Source of the DNA: an uncultured Acidobacteriota bacterium
GTDB lineage: Bacteria; Acidobacteriota; Vicinamibacteria; Vicinamibacterales; UBA2999
NCBI GenBank assembly: GCA_963741135.1
Contig: CAVUHC010000001.1
Span: forward strand, 3,322 to 67,321
Direction: 5' to 3'
Length of the DNA stretch: 64,000 bases
In this document: piece by piece, positions 28,932 to 38,155 of the stretch
Layout of the letters: each line of letters opens with the position of its first letter
Position numbering within the stretch: the stretch's first letter is position 1
The notes under the pieces: model-generated
Database searches by the model: none
The model's input: the letters and a program-made list of their open reading frames with translations, nothing else
What the model was told of the DNA's origin: nothing
Position numbers and translations under genes: made by a program

Positions 28932-29449
28932 ACCTCGGCGTACTCCTCGCGATCCTGCTCAAAGCGACCCTGCTTTCATTCAGCGGGTTTGGATCCCTGC
29001 CGGTTCTCCGCGACGAACTGGTCACCAATCGTCGTGTTCTATCGGATGAGGATCTGAATCGGGCCGTTGCTGTAGCGCGGTTGACTCCGGGCCCGATGGG
29101 TTCGTACGTCGTTGCGGTGGGCTATGCAGTTCATGGCTGGACCGGTGCTGCAGCTGGCTGGGTGGCGATCAGCACGCCCGCATTCTGCGTACTCCCTCTC
29201 CTAGCGCTTCTGCGCGGTCGGGTTCATTCCGAGCGATGGCGCAATGCGATAGAAGCCATCATTCTTGCCAGCGCCGGGCTCGTCCTCGCGACGGCGACGT
29301 CACTGATTCCGACAGCCTTAATCGACTTGCCTACATCCGCCGCTGCAGCAGCCGCACTGGTCATCGTCTGCTTCACTCGCATTTCTACAATCTGGTTGAT
29401 TGTCGCGGGAAGTGCGGTCACCTGGCTCTCGGCGGCCCTGGTGCCATGA
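28928..29449 (+). CDS. Short-chain chromate transporter (CHR), subunit 2
   Basis: SFSGFGSLPVLRDELV...AVAVARLTPGP; GTGA overlap with subunit 1. Confidence 0.85.
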   Translation: MNLGVLLAILLKATLLSFSGFGSLPVLRDELVTNRRVLSDEDLNRAVAVARLTPGPMGSYVVAVGYAVHGWTGAAAGWVAISTPAFCVLPLLALLRGRVHSERWRNAIEAIILASAGLVLATATSLIPTALIDLPTSAAAAAALVIVCFTRISTIWLIVAGSAVTWLSAALVP

Positions 29450-29469
29450 ACTTTCGCCTTTGCGAAAAA

Positions 29470-29592
29470 TGCTCCCGGCTTTTGCGAGCGTGATCATCGT
29501 CATCGGATCGACGGGGCACTCGTAAAAGCCAGCCTGAACATAAAAGCGCCTCGCGTGTTCTGACATTGCGTGCAGGAGCACCGCGCGGATAT
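29470..29592 (-). pseudogene. C-terminal fragment of a GNAT (TacT/AtaT-like) toxin
   Basis: IRAVLLHAMSEHARRFY...GF.ECPVDPMT. Confidence 0.65.
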
Positions 29593-29737
29593 GGGCTGGA
29601 GCGACTCGCGGCGTGATTTATCGCGGCGTACAAGGGTGGAATCGCAAGTTGACTCCCAGGCACGTGGGGTTCAAATCCTGCTGCGCTGATCTGGTCGCTG
29701 TAAATCGTTCAAAGCGCGGGCCTTAGGAGAGAGGGAT

Positions 29738-29791
29738 TTGCGGGGGCCCCGCAACCATCTGGATTTGGAGTTCGCCTGGGCGGCAGCGTAG
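29738..29791 (+). mobile_element. att scar 4 (tRNA-fMet core plus serine-type att half)
   Basis: TTGCGGGGG-CCCCGCAACCA-TCTGGATTTGGAGTTCGCCTGGGCGGCAGCGTAG. Confidence 0.72.
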
Positions 29792-29794
29792 CTC

Positions 29795-29851
29795 GGCGTT
29801 GGTGCATGAATCGGAGCTGACCCGTAATGATCCAGCCCCATGCCGGTCACC
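29795..29851 (-). mobile_element. Solo right end of an IS903-like element
   Basis: Reverse complement of 8466-8522, including the full TIR GGCGTTGGTGCATGAATC. Confidence 0.8.
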
Positions 29852-29921
29852 TGTGGCTGTTGAAAACACCGTACGCGTTGCGTCGATTGAGGTTACATAC
29901 GTTCTCCGATAGCCTCGATTC

Positions 29922-30947
29922 GTGGCGTCCGTCGTCTTCTCGCTGCTCTACTCGCTTCGGTTCATCGTCCGGTCACGGGTTTCGCTGCACTTGGAAATCA
30001 TCGCGCTCCGACACCAATTGGCCGTCGTGAATCGATCGCGCCGCCCACGTCTCCGCTTCACGCAGGCCGATCGGAGGCTGTGGACGTGGCTCGCGCGCTC
30101 ATGGCATGGCTGGCGCTCGGCCATTCACATCGTCCAGCCGGAGACCGTCCTCGCGTGGCACCGGCGAGGCTTTCGCCTGTTCTGGACGTGGAAGAGCCGA
30201 CATCGCACTGGCCGCCCGGCGGTGCCGCACGATGTCCGCGCGTTGATTCGTGAGATGTCCACCGCGAACCCGCTTTGGGGCGCGCCGCGGATTCACGGGG
30301 AGCTTCAGAAGCTGGGAATCGCGGTGAGTGAATCCACTGTTGCAAAATACATGCGACGGCATCCGCGTCCATCGTCACAAACATGGCGCACCTTGCTCAC
30401 CAATCACGCGAGCCAGATCATGGCCGCCGACCTCTTCGTCGTCCCGACGGTGACCTTCCGGCTGCTCTTCGTCCTCGTCATCCTCGCTCACCACCGCCGA
30501 CGAATTGTCCACGTGGCGGTCACCGCGCATCCAACAACGGCCTGGACGGCACAGCAACTGCGAAACGCCTTTCCAGAGAACGAGGCGCCCCGGTATCTAC
30601 TCCACGATCGCGATTCCGTCTTTGCGCACGTCGCGACCACTCTCGAGGGGATGGACATCCAGGAGGTTCGAACGGCGCCGCGATCGCCGTGGCAGAACGG
30701 CTACGTGGAACGCGTGATCGGCTCGATCCGACGCGAGTGCCTCGATCGCGTAATCGTGATGAACGCCGCGGGCCTTCAACGCGTGTTAACAGCGTATGTC
30801 GCGTACTACATGCGCTCGCGCACACATCTCGCCCTCGGCAAGGACACACCGGTCACGCGTCCTGTCTCACCGCTGTCGGCCGGACGCATTGTCGCCACAC
30901 CGGAAGTCGGTGGTCTACACCACCGTTACGACCGCATCGCCGCGTAG
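29922..30947 (+). mobile_element. Intact rve integrase-core transposase (IS3/IS481-like); element probably begins TGTGG at 29852
   Basis: NPLWGAPRIHGEL, AADLF, LLHDRD and PWQNGYVERVIGSIRRECLD (DDE). Confidence 0.9.
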
Positions 30948-31149
30948 CTGTCACACCACGTCGGTCCCAGCGATAGCCCGGTCCCAATCGCCGTGCGCTG
31001 AACTCTTTCGCCTTGCGGTGAAGTGCTGCTGCGGACGTTTGCATTCCCGAAGTTAATGCCTGCCGCTCGCAGCGAGGAATCACTCGCTGGTTGCGGGCGG
31101 GCTGGCCTCGGAACCGATGGACCGTCTTTTCGACTGGTCTGCGGTCGTA

Positions 31150-31550
31150 TCGCCTTTTCGATAGCCTGCTGTCTCGCTCGGCTCTTGAAGCGGCGCCGTT
31201 TCCTGGGCCCGAAGGCGTACGTGTTCGGCGGATCGGCAGGGGAATATCAGGGCACAATCCGCACAGCGTGGGAATCACTCGTGCTGCTCGCTCACGGGAT
31301 CGAGCCAACGCGTACGAAGTCACGCGGGCGTGTGAATCGCCAGGAGCTCGCAGAGATCGATCTGCACTGGCACGATCTACGGCACGAAGCTGCATGCCGC
31401 TGGCTCGCCCGCGGTCTCGACCTGCGTGCAATCCAGCTTCTACTCGGACACGCGGACCTGAAAACGACGCAACGGTACCTCAACGTGACTGATGAGGAGT
31501 TGCGAAAGACGATGCAGGAGAAGCTTTGGAGCCGAGGCTCCAGGAGATAA
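31150..31550 (+). pseudogene. 3' part of a tyrosine integrase oriented toward tRNA-fMet
   Basis: DLHWHDLRHEAA...IQLLLGHADLKTTQRYLN; N-terminal part missing. Confidence 0.85.
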
Positions 31551-31564
31551 GGGCGAGAACTCCC

Positions 31565-31930
31565 CTACCGAGATGTCAGAGCGCGCCCGGGGCGCCGCGC
31601 CCTCTTAAGATGAAGGCGGTCAGAAAGAGCCTTCCCGGCATCGTGCATCTTGTCTAAACGGGACGCGGCAAGGGCCTTCGATGATCGCGTCGGGCGCCCG
31701 GCGACACGCCGAGTCCGTCCTCCGGGTACCGAGACCTTATGCGATCGGGCGGCCGGCTGCGGGACTGGGAGGCCATCCTCTCGCAAACCCGCAATGTGGA
31801 GCTGGATTGCGCCTTCAACCAGACGCTTGACCTCGGCCACCGATCGTCCCACCACCCCGACGCCCGGAAGGTCCGGCACGTAAGCGCCGACAGACGCGGG
31901 ACCTCGTTCGATGACGACCAGGTATTCCAC
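31565..31930 (-). CDS. hicB: HicB-family antitoxin
   Basis: YLVVIE....GAYVPDLPG...G.S..E......AIQLHIAGLREDGLPVPQP. Confidence 0.9.
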   Translation of the reverse strand: MEYLVVIERGPASVGAYVPDLPGVGVVGRSVAEVKRLVEGAIQLHIAGLREDGLPVPQPAARSHKVSVPGGRTRRVAGRPTRSSKALAASRLDKMHDAGKALSDRLHLKRARRPGRALTSR

Positions 31931-31934
31931 GGAT

Positions 31935-32120
31935 CTATTTTAGCCCTGCCTGCTTCAGGATGCTGTTGAGTGTGCCTCTCGGCACGTCGAGCGACGGATG
32001 ACCGCTGACGGTCACGCGACCTGACTTGGTCGGATGCTTCAACTGACGATGGCTACCTTCCGTCACGACCACGAGCCATCCATCTTCTTTGAGCAGGCGG
32101 AGGACATCTCGAACCTTCAT
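31935..32120 (-). CDS. hicA: HicA toxin
   Basis: MKVRDVLRLLKEDGW....GSHRQLKHP..GRVTV.GHP...GTLNSILKQAGL. Confidence 0.92.
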   Translation of the reverse strand: MKVRDVLRLLKEDGWLVVVTEGSHRQLKHPTKSGRVTVSGHPSLDVPRGTLNSILKQAGLK

Positions 32121-32261
32121 CTCTGGTGACTGAACCGAAATCCCGTCGCCAGATTGTACGGCTCCGTGCGGTGCGAAATGAGAGTGGACTCAACCCGGCG
32201 CCGAAACACCCGGCGAGTCTCTACCGATTGTCAGCCAATTGTCAGCCGACGCTTGAAAAGT

Positions 32262-32338
<77 letters not shown>

Positions 32339-32491
32339 ACAGGCCCGCAAGACAGGACTTCTGCCTGCGGCGGAACACTCAGACTAACACGCGCAACGAC
32401 CAAGCACCAAGGCCCACTTGTAATGCCTCACTGAAATTCGGCGCGACCTTGGCAGTTGGGAGTTGCCATTGGGGAGTTGAGTCACGTTGAA

Positions 32492-33244
32492 TCATGCCTC
32501 CCGTCGGTTCAAGGCAAGCACTGCGACTCCGATCAGCATGAGCGCAAGCGCGACAAGATGCGCGACCGTCAACGGTCCAACGACTCGGACGTTGACGCGA
32601 ATGAATTCGATCGCAAACCGGATCGATCCAGCGAGGACCAGATACCGGCCAACGACGATCGCATCCGGCACCTTCCGCCGCCGCCATCGAATGAGCAGCC
32701 AGGCGACGACGACAAGTGCGAGCGCTTCATAGAGCTGGGTGGGATGCACCGGCACGTCGGTTGGCGGCAGACCTTGCGGGAATGCGACCGCCCACGGCAA
32801 ATCGCTCGGCCGGCCGTAGTCGTCGCCAACCAGAAAACAGCCGATCCTCCCGATCGCGTGCCCGATCGCCAACGCCGGTGTGGCGGCCGCCAGCGTCGCG
32901 ACGATCGGCAGGCGCTGCCGTCGTATGACGATCAGCGCGGTGCCGACCCCACCCAGAAGGCCGCCAAACCAGCTCATGCCGCCGCGGCTGAAAAGCAGGT
33001 CCCTGAACGGCTCCTCACCAAGATGTTCGGTCACCCAGAGCAGCTTCGCGCCAAGAAGGCCCCCGAAAACGCCGGCCATCGCCGCATCGCCCGCCGACGG
33101 CGGCAGGCCACTGCGCGCCAGTTCCCGCCCGAATACCCAGAGGCCGACCAGGGCGCCAATCGCGACCAGGACGCCGAAGCTCGTGATCTCGAAATTGCCG
33201 ACTATCGGCACGTACGGCGGAACGCGAAAGAACGTCGGATACAT
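32492..33244 (-). CDS. lgt: Prolipoprotein diacylglyceryl transferase
   Basis: GGMSWFGG, IGRIGCFL.GDDYG, HPTQLYE and RFAIEFIR. Confidence 0.9.
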   Translation of the reverse strand: MYPTFFRVPPYVPIVGNFEITSFGVLVAIGALVGLWVFGRELARSGLPPSAGDAAMAGVFGGLLGAKLLWVTEHLGEEPFRDLLFSRGGMSWFGGLLGGVGTALIVIRRQRLPIVATLAAATPALAIGHAIGRIGCFLVGDDYGRPSDLPWAVAFPQGLPPTDVPVHPTQLYEALALVVVAWLLIRWRRRKVPDAIVVGRYLVLAGSIRFAIEFIRVNVRVVGPLTVAHLVALALMLIGVAVLALNRREA

Positions 33245-33337
33245 CTCTGTGCAAATTATCCGTGAACGGTCTTGCATCCGCTACGGTCCAGGTTATGATC
33301 GTCGACCTCGCCCCAAGACAACTGAAAGAGGTCCCCT

Positions 33338-33520
33338 ATGGCGCGCCCACGCAAGGCGACTGTTGATCCGTTCACCGATCTGCAGAAGAAAGCGGCCATC
33401 CTCGAACGCGAGATGGAGAGGCAGCGCGCGGCGATGGAGCGCCTCAAACGGCCCGCCGCTCCGGAATTTCATGCGACGCACGGCCCCCCGAGCAAGCTGG
33501 ACCAGCGGTTGTCCCGCTGA
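33338..33520 (+). CDS. Small coiled-coil hypothetical protein
   Basis: GAGGT RBS; LQKKAAILEREMERQRAAMERLK; lies just upstream of the kinase. Confidence 0.4.
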   Translation: MARPRKATVDPFTDLQKKAAILEREMERQRAAMERLKRPAAPEFHATHGPPSKLDQRLSR

Positions 33521-33551
33521 GGCATCGCCTGTGCATCCGGCGCGGGAGGCC

Positions 33552-35123
33552 ATGCCGACCCCGCAGGACGTCCTCCTTGCCTGGCACCGCCTCAGGAACG
33601 CGCTCGGCGCCGCGGGCGTGGGCACGTGGCACGTGGACCTGCGCACGAACATCGCCATTCACGACGAAAGCCTGAATCGGATCCTCGGCCTTGACGCCGT
33701 TGAGACCGAGGGCTCGCTGGACGACCCGGACTTCACCAGAATCCATCACGACGACAACGCGCGCGTCGTGGGCGCGATCAAGGAAGCCGTAGCAGAGCGC
33801 CGCGAATATGGCCTCGAGTACCGCATCGTCCGGGCCGGCGGCGAGATCCGCTGGCTGCAGGACCGCGGGCGGATCGTCCTCGACGATGACGGCGTCCCGC
33901 GCTTTGCGACGGGCGCCGTGATCGATGTCACCGAGCGCCGGCAGCTCGAAGATCACGAGCGCGCACTCGCCCAGGAACGCGCGCAGCTGATTCGCGACCT
34001 CGAGCAGGCAAATCGCGTGAAGGACGACTTCCTCGCCATGCTCTCCCACGAACTGCGCACGCCGCTCAACGCGGTGCTCGAATGGACCCGCATGCTGCGC
34101 CGCGGCACGGTGCCGCCCGAGCGGACGGCGGCCATCCTCGAGACCATCGAGCGCAACGCGGCGGCGCAGATGCAGATCGTCGAAGAGCTGCTCGAGCTGT
34201 CGTCGATGGCCACGGGCAACCTTCGCCTCAACGTCACGCCGGTCGATCTCCGCGATCTGATTGGCGGCGCGGTGGAAACGATCCGGCCCGCAGCCGACGC
34301 GAAGACGATCACCGTCCAGGTTTCGATTGCCGAGGGGGTCCGCGAATTTGCCGGCGACGCCTCGCGGCTGCGCCAGGTCGTGTGGAGCCTCCTCGCGAAC
34401 GCCGTCACGTTCACGCCGTCAGGCGGGCGCGTCGAGGTCAAAGCGGTCGAAGGCCCCACCGATGTCGAAATCACCGTGAGCGACACTGGCCCGGGGATTC
34501 CACCTGATTTTCTACCGCACGTCTTCGAGACGTTTCGCCGCGGCGAATCGCTCTCCACGCGCACCGTTGCCAGGCTCGGTCTCGGCCTCGCGATCGTCCG
34601 GCACGTCGTCGAAGCGCACGGCGGCACGGTCACTGCGGACAGCGACGGAGCTGGAACAGGATCGGTGTTCGTCGTCCGCCTTCCGACGGGTCGCCCCGCG
34701 CCGCACGACGCCGATCCGACGCTGCGTGGCCTCACACTTCGCGGGCGGCGCGTCCTCGCGGTCGACGACGACGAGTCGACCCAGGAACTGGTAGCGACAA
34801 TGCTTCTGATGTACGGCGTGTCGGTGAGGACGGCCGGTCGCGCGTCCGACGCGATGCGGATCCTGTCGGAATGGCGCCCCGACGTGTTGCTGACCGACAT
34901 CGCGATGCCGGGCGACGACGGCTACGCGCTCATGCGGCGCGTGCGCGCACTGCCCTCCGCGCTTGGAAACATTCCAGCGGTCGCACTCACCGCGTTCACC
35001 GATCCGCAGAGCGTGCAGCACGCGTTCGCGGCCGGCTTCGATGCACACCTCGACAAACCGCTCGAGCCGCACGTGCTCGCGGACGCGCTCACCAAAGTAC
35101 TGCGGATCAGGCGATCTGCGTAG
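33552..35123 (+). CDS. PAS/PAC hybrid histidine kinase with receiver domain
   Basis: GGGAGG RBS; EYRIV..GEIRW PAC, LSHELRTPL, VSDTGPG and LGLGLAIV; receiver VDDD..TDIAMP..KP. Confidence 0.9.
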   Translation: MPTPQDVLLAWHRLRNALGAAGVGTWHVDLRTNIAIHDESLNRILGLDAVETEGSLDDPDFTRIHHDDNARVVGAIKEAVAERREYGLEYRIVRAGGEIRWLQDRGRIVLDDDGVPRFATGAVIDVTERRQLEDHERALAQERAQLIRDLEQANRVKDDFLAMLSHELRTPLNAVLEWTRMLRRGTVPPERTAAILETIERNAAAQMQIVEELLELSSMATGNLRLNVTPVDLRDLIGGAVETIRPAADAKTITVQVSIAEGVREFAGDASRLRQVVWSLLANAVTFTPSGGRVEVKAVEGPTDVEITVSDTGPGIPPDFLPHVFETFRRGESLSTRTVARLGLGLAIVRHVVEAHGGTVTADSDGAGTGSVFVVRLPTGRPAPHDADPTLRGLTLRGRRVLAVDDDESTQELVATMLLMYGVSVRTAGRASDAMRILSEWRPDVLLTDIAMPGDDGYALMRRVRALPSALGNIPAVALTAFTDPQSVQHAFAAGFDAHLDKPLEPHVLADALTKVLRIRRSA

Positions 35124-35532
35124 CCCTGGCGTCGATGTTCAACAGCCGGCGGAGCGCAGAGGCGATCGCCTTGGGCGGGCACGGCTTGATCAGCACGTGT
35201 GTGATGCCTGTCTCGGTGAAGCGGTCGGGTTGATCGAGATATTTGGAATGACCGGTGACGGCGAGGATCGGGATGGCCCGCGTCGCCGGCGCCAACTGCA
35301 ACGCGCGACAGAACTCGAATCCGGTCATCCCCGGAAGGTTGAGATCGGTCAGCACCGCGTCGGGGCGAAGATCGCGAGCCTTCTCGAGCGCCTGATGGCC
35401 GTTGTGGGCATCGACGGTGCGAAATCCGTGGTGCTGGAGGTATTCGCGGTACAGGATCCGGGTGCTGAGATCGTCTTCGACGATCAGCACCAGTGGAGTG
35501 AGCGGTTGCGACCCTCGTAGCTCGTTCTTCAT
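35107..35532 (-). CDS. Single-domain response regulator
   Basis: LIVEDD, LTDLNLPGMTG, AVTG and IKP. Confidence 0.85.
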   Translation of the reverse strand: MKNELRGSQPLTPLVLIVEDDLSTRILYREYLQHHGFRTVDAHNGHQALEKARDLRPDAVLTDLNLPGMTGFEFCRALQLAPATRAIPILAVTGHSKYLDQPDRFTETGITHVLIKPCPPKAIASALRRLLNIDARATQIA

Positions 35533-35566
35533 GTTGACCCTGGCCCGCAGGACCGAAATCTAGTCC

Positions 35567-36199
35567 TCAAGGAAATGATTTCTTGCCATCAAAGTTGGCG
35601 GCGGCCGAATGCGCGCGCACGCGCGTTCGGAGGACCCACCAGACTCGGAATCCCAGCAACGCGGTCAACGCCACGGCCCAGTACGTCACTTCAGTCAAAA
35701 GCACCTTCCCTACCAACCAGAAATGCGTCAGCGCCGTGATTGAGGCGACATAGATCAGCCGATGAAGCTGCGTCCATTTCTGGCCAAGCCTTCGCATCGA
35801 CGCGGTGGTCGAGGTCACGGCGAGCGCCAGCAGCATCAGGAACGTCGCCATGCCGAGGGTGATGAACGGGCGCATCACGATGTCGTCGGCCATCGATCGG
35901 ACATCGAAGAACCAGTCCAGCACCGACCAGGTGAGAAAGTGCAGCGTCGCGTAGAAGAACGAGAACAGACCGAGCATGCGGCGCAGCTTGATGATCGGGT
36001 TCCACCCGGTGATGCGGCGGAGTGGTGTGACACACAGCGTGATCATCAGGAAGCGCAGCGCCCAGTCGCCGGTCCTGTCGGTGATGTAGTCGATTGGATT
36101 GGCGGTGAGCGTGCCCCTGAAGGCGTCGACGATGAGCGTCGCGGCGGGGATGAGCGCCGCGACGAAGATGACCCGCTTGAGGATGACGATCGGCTTCAA
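35567..36199 (-). CDS. msrQ: Methionine sulfoxide reductase heme-binding membrane subunit
   Basis: TTG overlapping the msrP stop; [21 protein letters not shown] and WTQLHRLIY. Confidence 0.9.
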   Translation of the reverse strand: MKPIVILKRVIFVAALIPAATLIVDAFRGTLTANPIDYITDRTGDWALRFLMITLCVTPLRRITGWNPIIKLRRMLGLFSFFYATLHFLTWSVLDWFFDVRSMADDIVMRPFITLGMATFLMLLALAVTSTTASMRRLGQKWTQLHRLIYVASITALTHFWLVGKVLLTEVTYWAVALTALLGFRVWWVLRTRVRAHSAAANFDGKKSFP

Positions 36200-37173
36200 T
36201 AGTTCTTCTTCAGGTCCATCCCCGCGTACATCGACGCGACCTGATCGGCGTATCCGTTGAACGGGAGCGTCTTGCGCCTGAAGAACTCGCCGATGCGCCG
36301 CTCGCTCGCCTGGCTCCATCGCGGATGGCTCACGGCGGGATTCACGTTCGCAAAAAAGCCGTATTCGCTTGACTGCATCACCTGCCAGGTATTCTTCGGC
36401 TGGTAATCGACGAACCGGATCTTGACGATCGATTTGATGCCCTTGAACCCGTACTTCCACGGGGTCACGAGCCGGATCGGCGCGCCGTCCTGGTTCGGCA
36501 GCGTTTCCTCATACAGACCGACCGCCAGAATCGCCAGCGGGTTCATCGCTTCGTCCATGCGCAGCCCTTCGACGTAGGGCCACGGCAGCGACCGCGTGGT
36601 CTGCGCCGGCATTTGCGCCGGGTTCATCGCGGTGATGAATTCGACGTACTTGGCCTGCGAGGTCGGCTGGAGCGTGTTGATGACGTCCTTCAACGGGATG
36701 CCGACCCACGGAATCACCATCGACCAGGCCTCGACACATCGCATGCGATAGACGCGCTCTTCGAGTGTGTAGGGCTTGGTGAACTCTTCGAAGCCGAACG
36801 TGCCCGTCTTGGCCGCGAACCCTTCCACCGTGATCGTCCAGGGCCGCGGTTTCAGACGCCAGGCGTTGGCCTTCGGATCCTCTTTGTACGGCCCGTACTC
36901 GTAGAAATTGTTGTAGCTGGTGATGTCGTCGAACGACGTGAGATCTTCTCCGGTGGTGCTCAGGGGACTCTTCTTGACGTTCGCAAGCTTGGCCCCGTGC
37001 GCGCTGGTTTGCCCTTGCGCCTCGGCCTTCGCCGCAAACGGCGGGACGATGGCGGTGGCCGCCGCGCCGAGCGCAGCGCCTGCCGCGGTCCGCAGAAACT
37101 CACGCCGCCGCACGTACAGCGATTTCGGGGTAATGTCCGAGTAGCGGAGGTCAGGAGCCTTTCGTATCAGCAT
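36196..37173 (-). CDS. msrP: Methionine sulfoxide reductase catalytic molybdopterin subunit
   Basis: Tat RRREFL; [34 protein letters not shown] and HPRWSQA. Confidence 0.95.
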   Translation of the reverse strand: MLIRKAPDLRYSDITPKSLYVRRREFLRTAAGAALGAAATAIVPPFAAKAEAQGQTSAHGAKLANVKKSPLSTTGEDLTSFDDITSYNNFYEYGPYKEDPKANAWRLKPRPWTITVEGFAAKTGTFGFEEFTKPYTLEERVYRMRCVEAWSMVIPWVGIPLKDVINTLQPTSQAKYVEFITAMNPAQMPAQTTRSLPWPYVEGLRMDEAMNPLAILAVGLYEETLPNQDGAPIRLVTPWKYGFKGIKSIVKIRFVDYQPKNTWQVMQSSEYGFFANVNPAVSHPRWSQASERRIGEFFRRKTLPFNGYADQVASMYAGMDLKKNY

Positions 37174-37480
37174 GCGCACATTATGACGCGGAAACACGAA
37201 TATAGGCCGGCCGAGTGGCGCGAATGAATGCGAGCCATACGCCCGCAGAAACGCGGCCCCCGGCCGAACTTTCCTAACCGTCCAACCTCAGTTTCAAGGG
37301 ATATGCCATCCCGGAAATGGAGCTATTTTTTCCGCCGACGAGCGTACACAGCCGAGGTTGCCCCATGGTGCATGCGTGATAGCCTCCGGTTGGAGGAGGA
37401 CACCGGCGTCGCTGCGTCGGGTTCTTGACGATATCGAGACCATCCACGAGCCTCTTGAACACGATCGCTTTCCGCGCGCC

Positions 37481-38140
37481 ATGTCGCTTGCGGTGCACGA
37501 GCTCCGCACGCCGGTCACGGTCGTCTGCGGATACCTGCGGATGGTGTTGAAGGAGCACGGCGGACCGCTCACCGACAAACAACGGAAAATGCTGGAGGAA
37601 GCCGAACGTTCGTGCGCGCGCATCAGCGCACTCGTCGCGGAGATGAGCGACCTCGGTAAGCTCGAAGCGAAAGAGCTCGCCGTCTCTCGCCACGAGGTGG
37701 ACCTGGCGGCGCTTGTCGCGGAGCTGGCGAGCACTATGCATGAGGGCGAAGACCGCGGGGTGCATCTGAACGTTCGCGTGCCAAATCGGCCGATCGTGGT
37801 GACAGGCGACCGTGGGAGACTCTCCGCGGCGATCAGCACGTTGCTTCACGCAGCCTTGCGCGAGCGCGGCGAACCGGGTGTGATCGTGGCGGAATGCTCT
37901 GTTATGGCCGACACCGCCCCCGCGTGGGCGATCCTGACCGTCGGTGACGAAGCGACGCTTCCCTCATTGCTGCAGGCCGCACGCGGCGCGCCACCACCCT
38001 TCGACGAATGGCGCGGCGGCCTCGGTCTCGCCCTTCCCGTCGCACGGCGCGTGGTCGAAGCGCTCGATGGCGCGCTCTGGTCGGCTCCGGGCGAGCGGCC
38101 GCGCGCAGGCTCCGCACTCCGCTTACCTCTTCGAACCTAA
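37481..38140 (+). CDS. HisKA protein with degenerate ATPase domain (start uncertain, ORF open from 37358)
   Basis: AVHELRTP H-box intact; N box reads LLHAA, no DxGxG motif, GGLGLALPVARR retained; no sensor domain. Confidence 0.7.
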   Translation: MSLAVHELRTPVTVVCGYLRMVLKEHGGPLTDKQRKMLEEAERSCARISALVAEMSDLGKLEAKELAVSRHEVDLAALVAELASTMHEGEDRGVHLNVRVPNRPIVVTGDRGRLSAAISTLLHAALRERGEPGVIVAECSVMADTAPAWAILTVGDEATLPSLLQAARGAPPPFDEWRGGLGLALPVARRVVEALDGALWSAPGERPRAGSALRLPLRT

Positions 38141-38155
38141 GGGACAGGACAACGA

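Noticed and set aside
32880-33551. N-terminal extension of the hybrid kinase ORF
   Set aside because: It overlaps lgt on the other strand; a good RBS and ATG lie at 33552
37293-37309. Minus-strand sigma-54-like site upstream of msrP
   Set aside because: Spacing is one base too long and the -12 GC is missing
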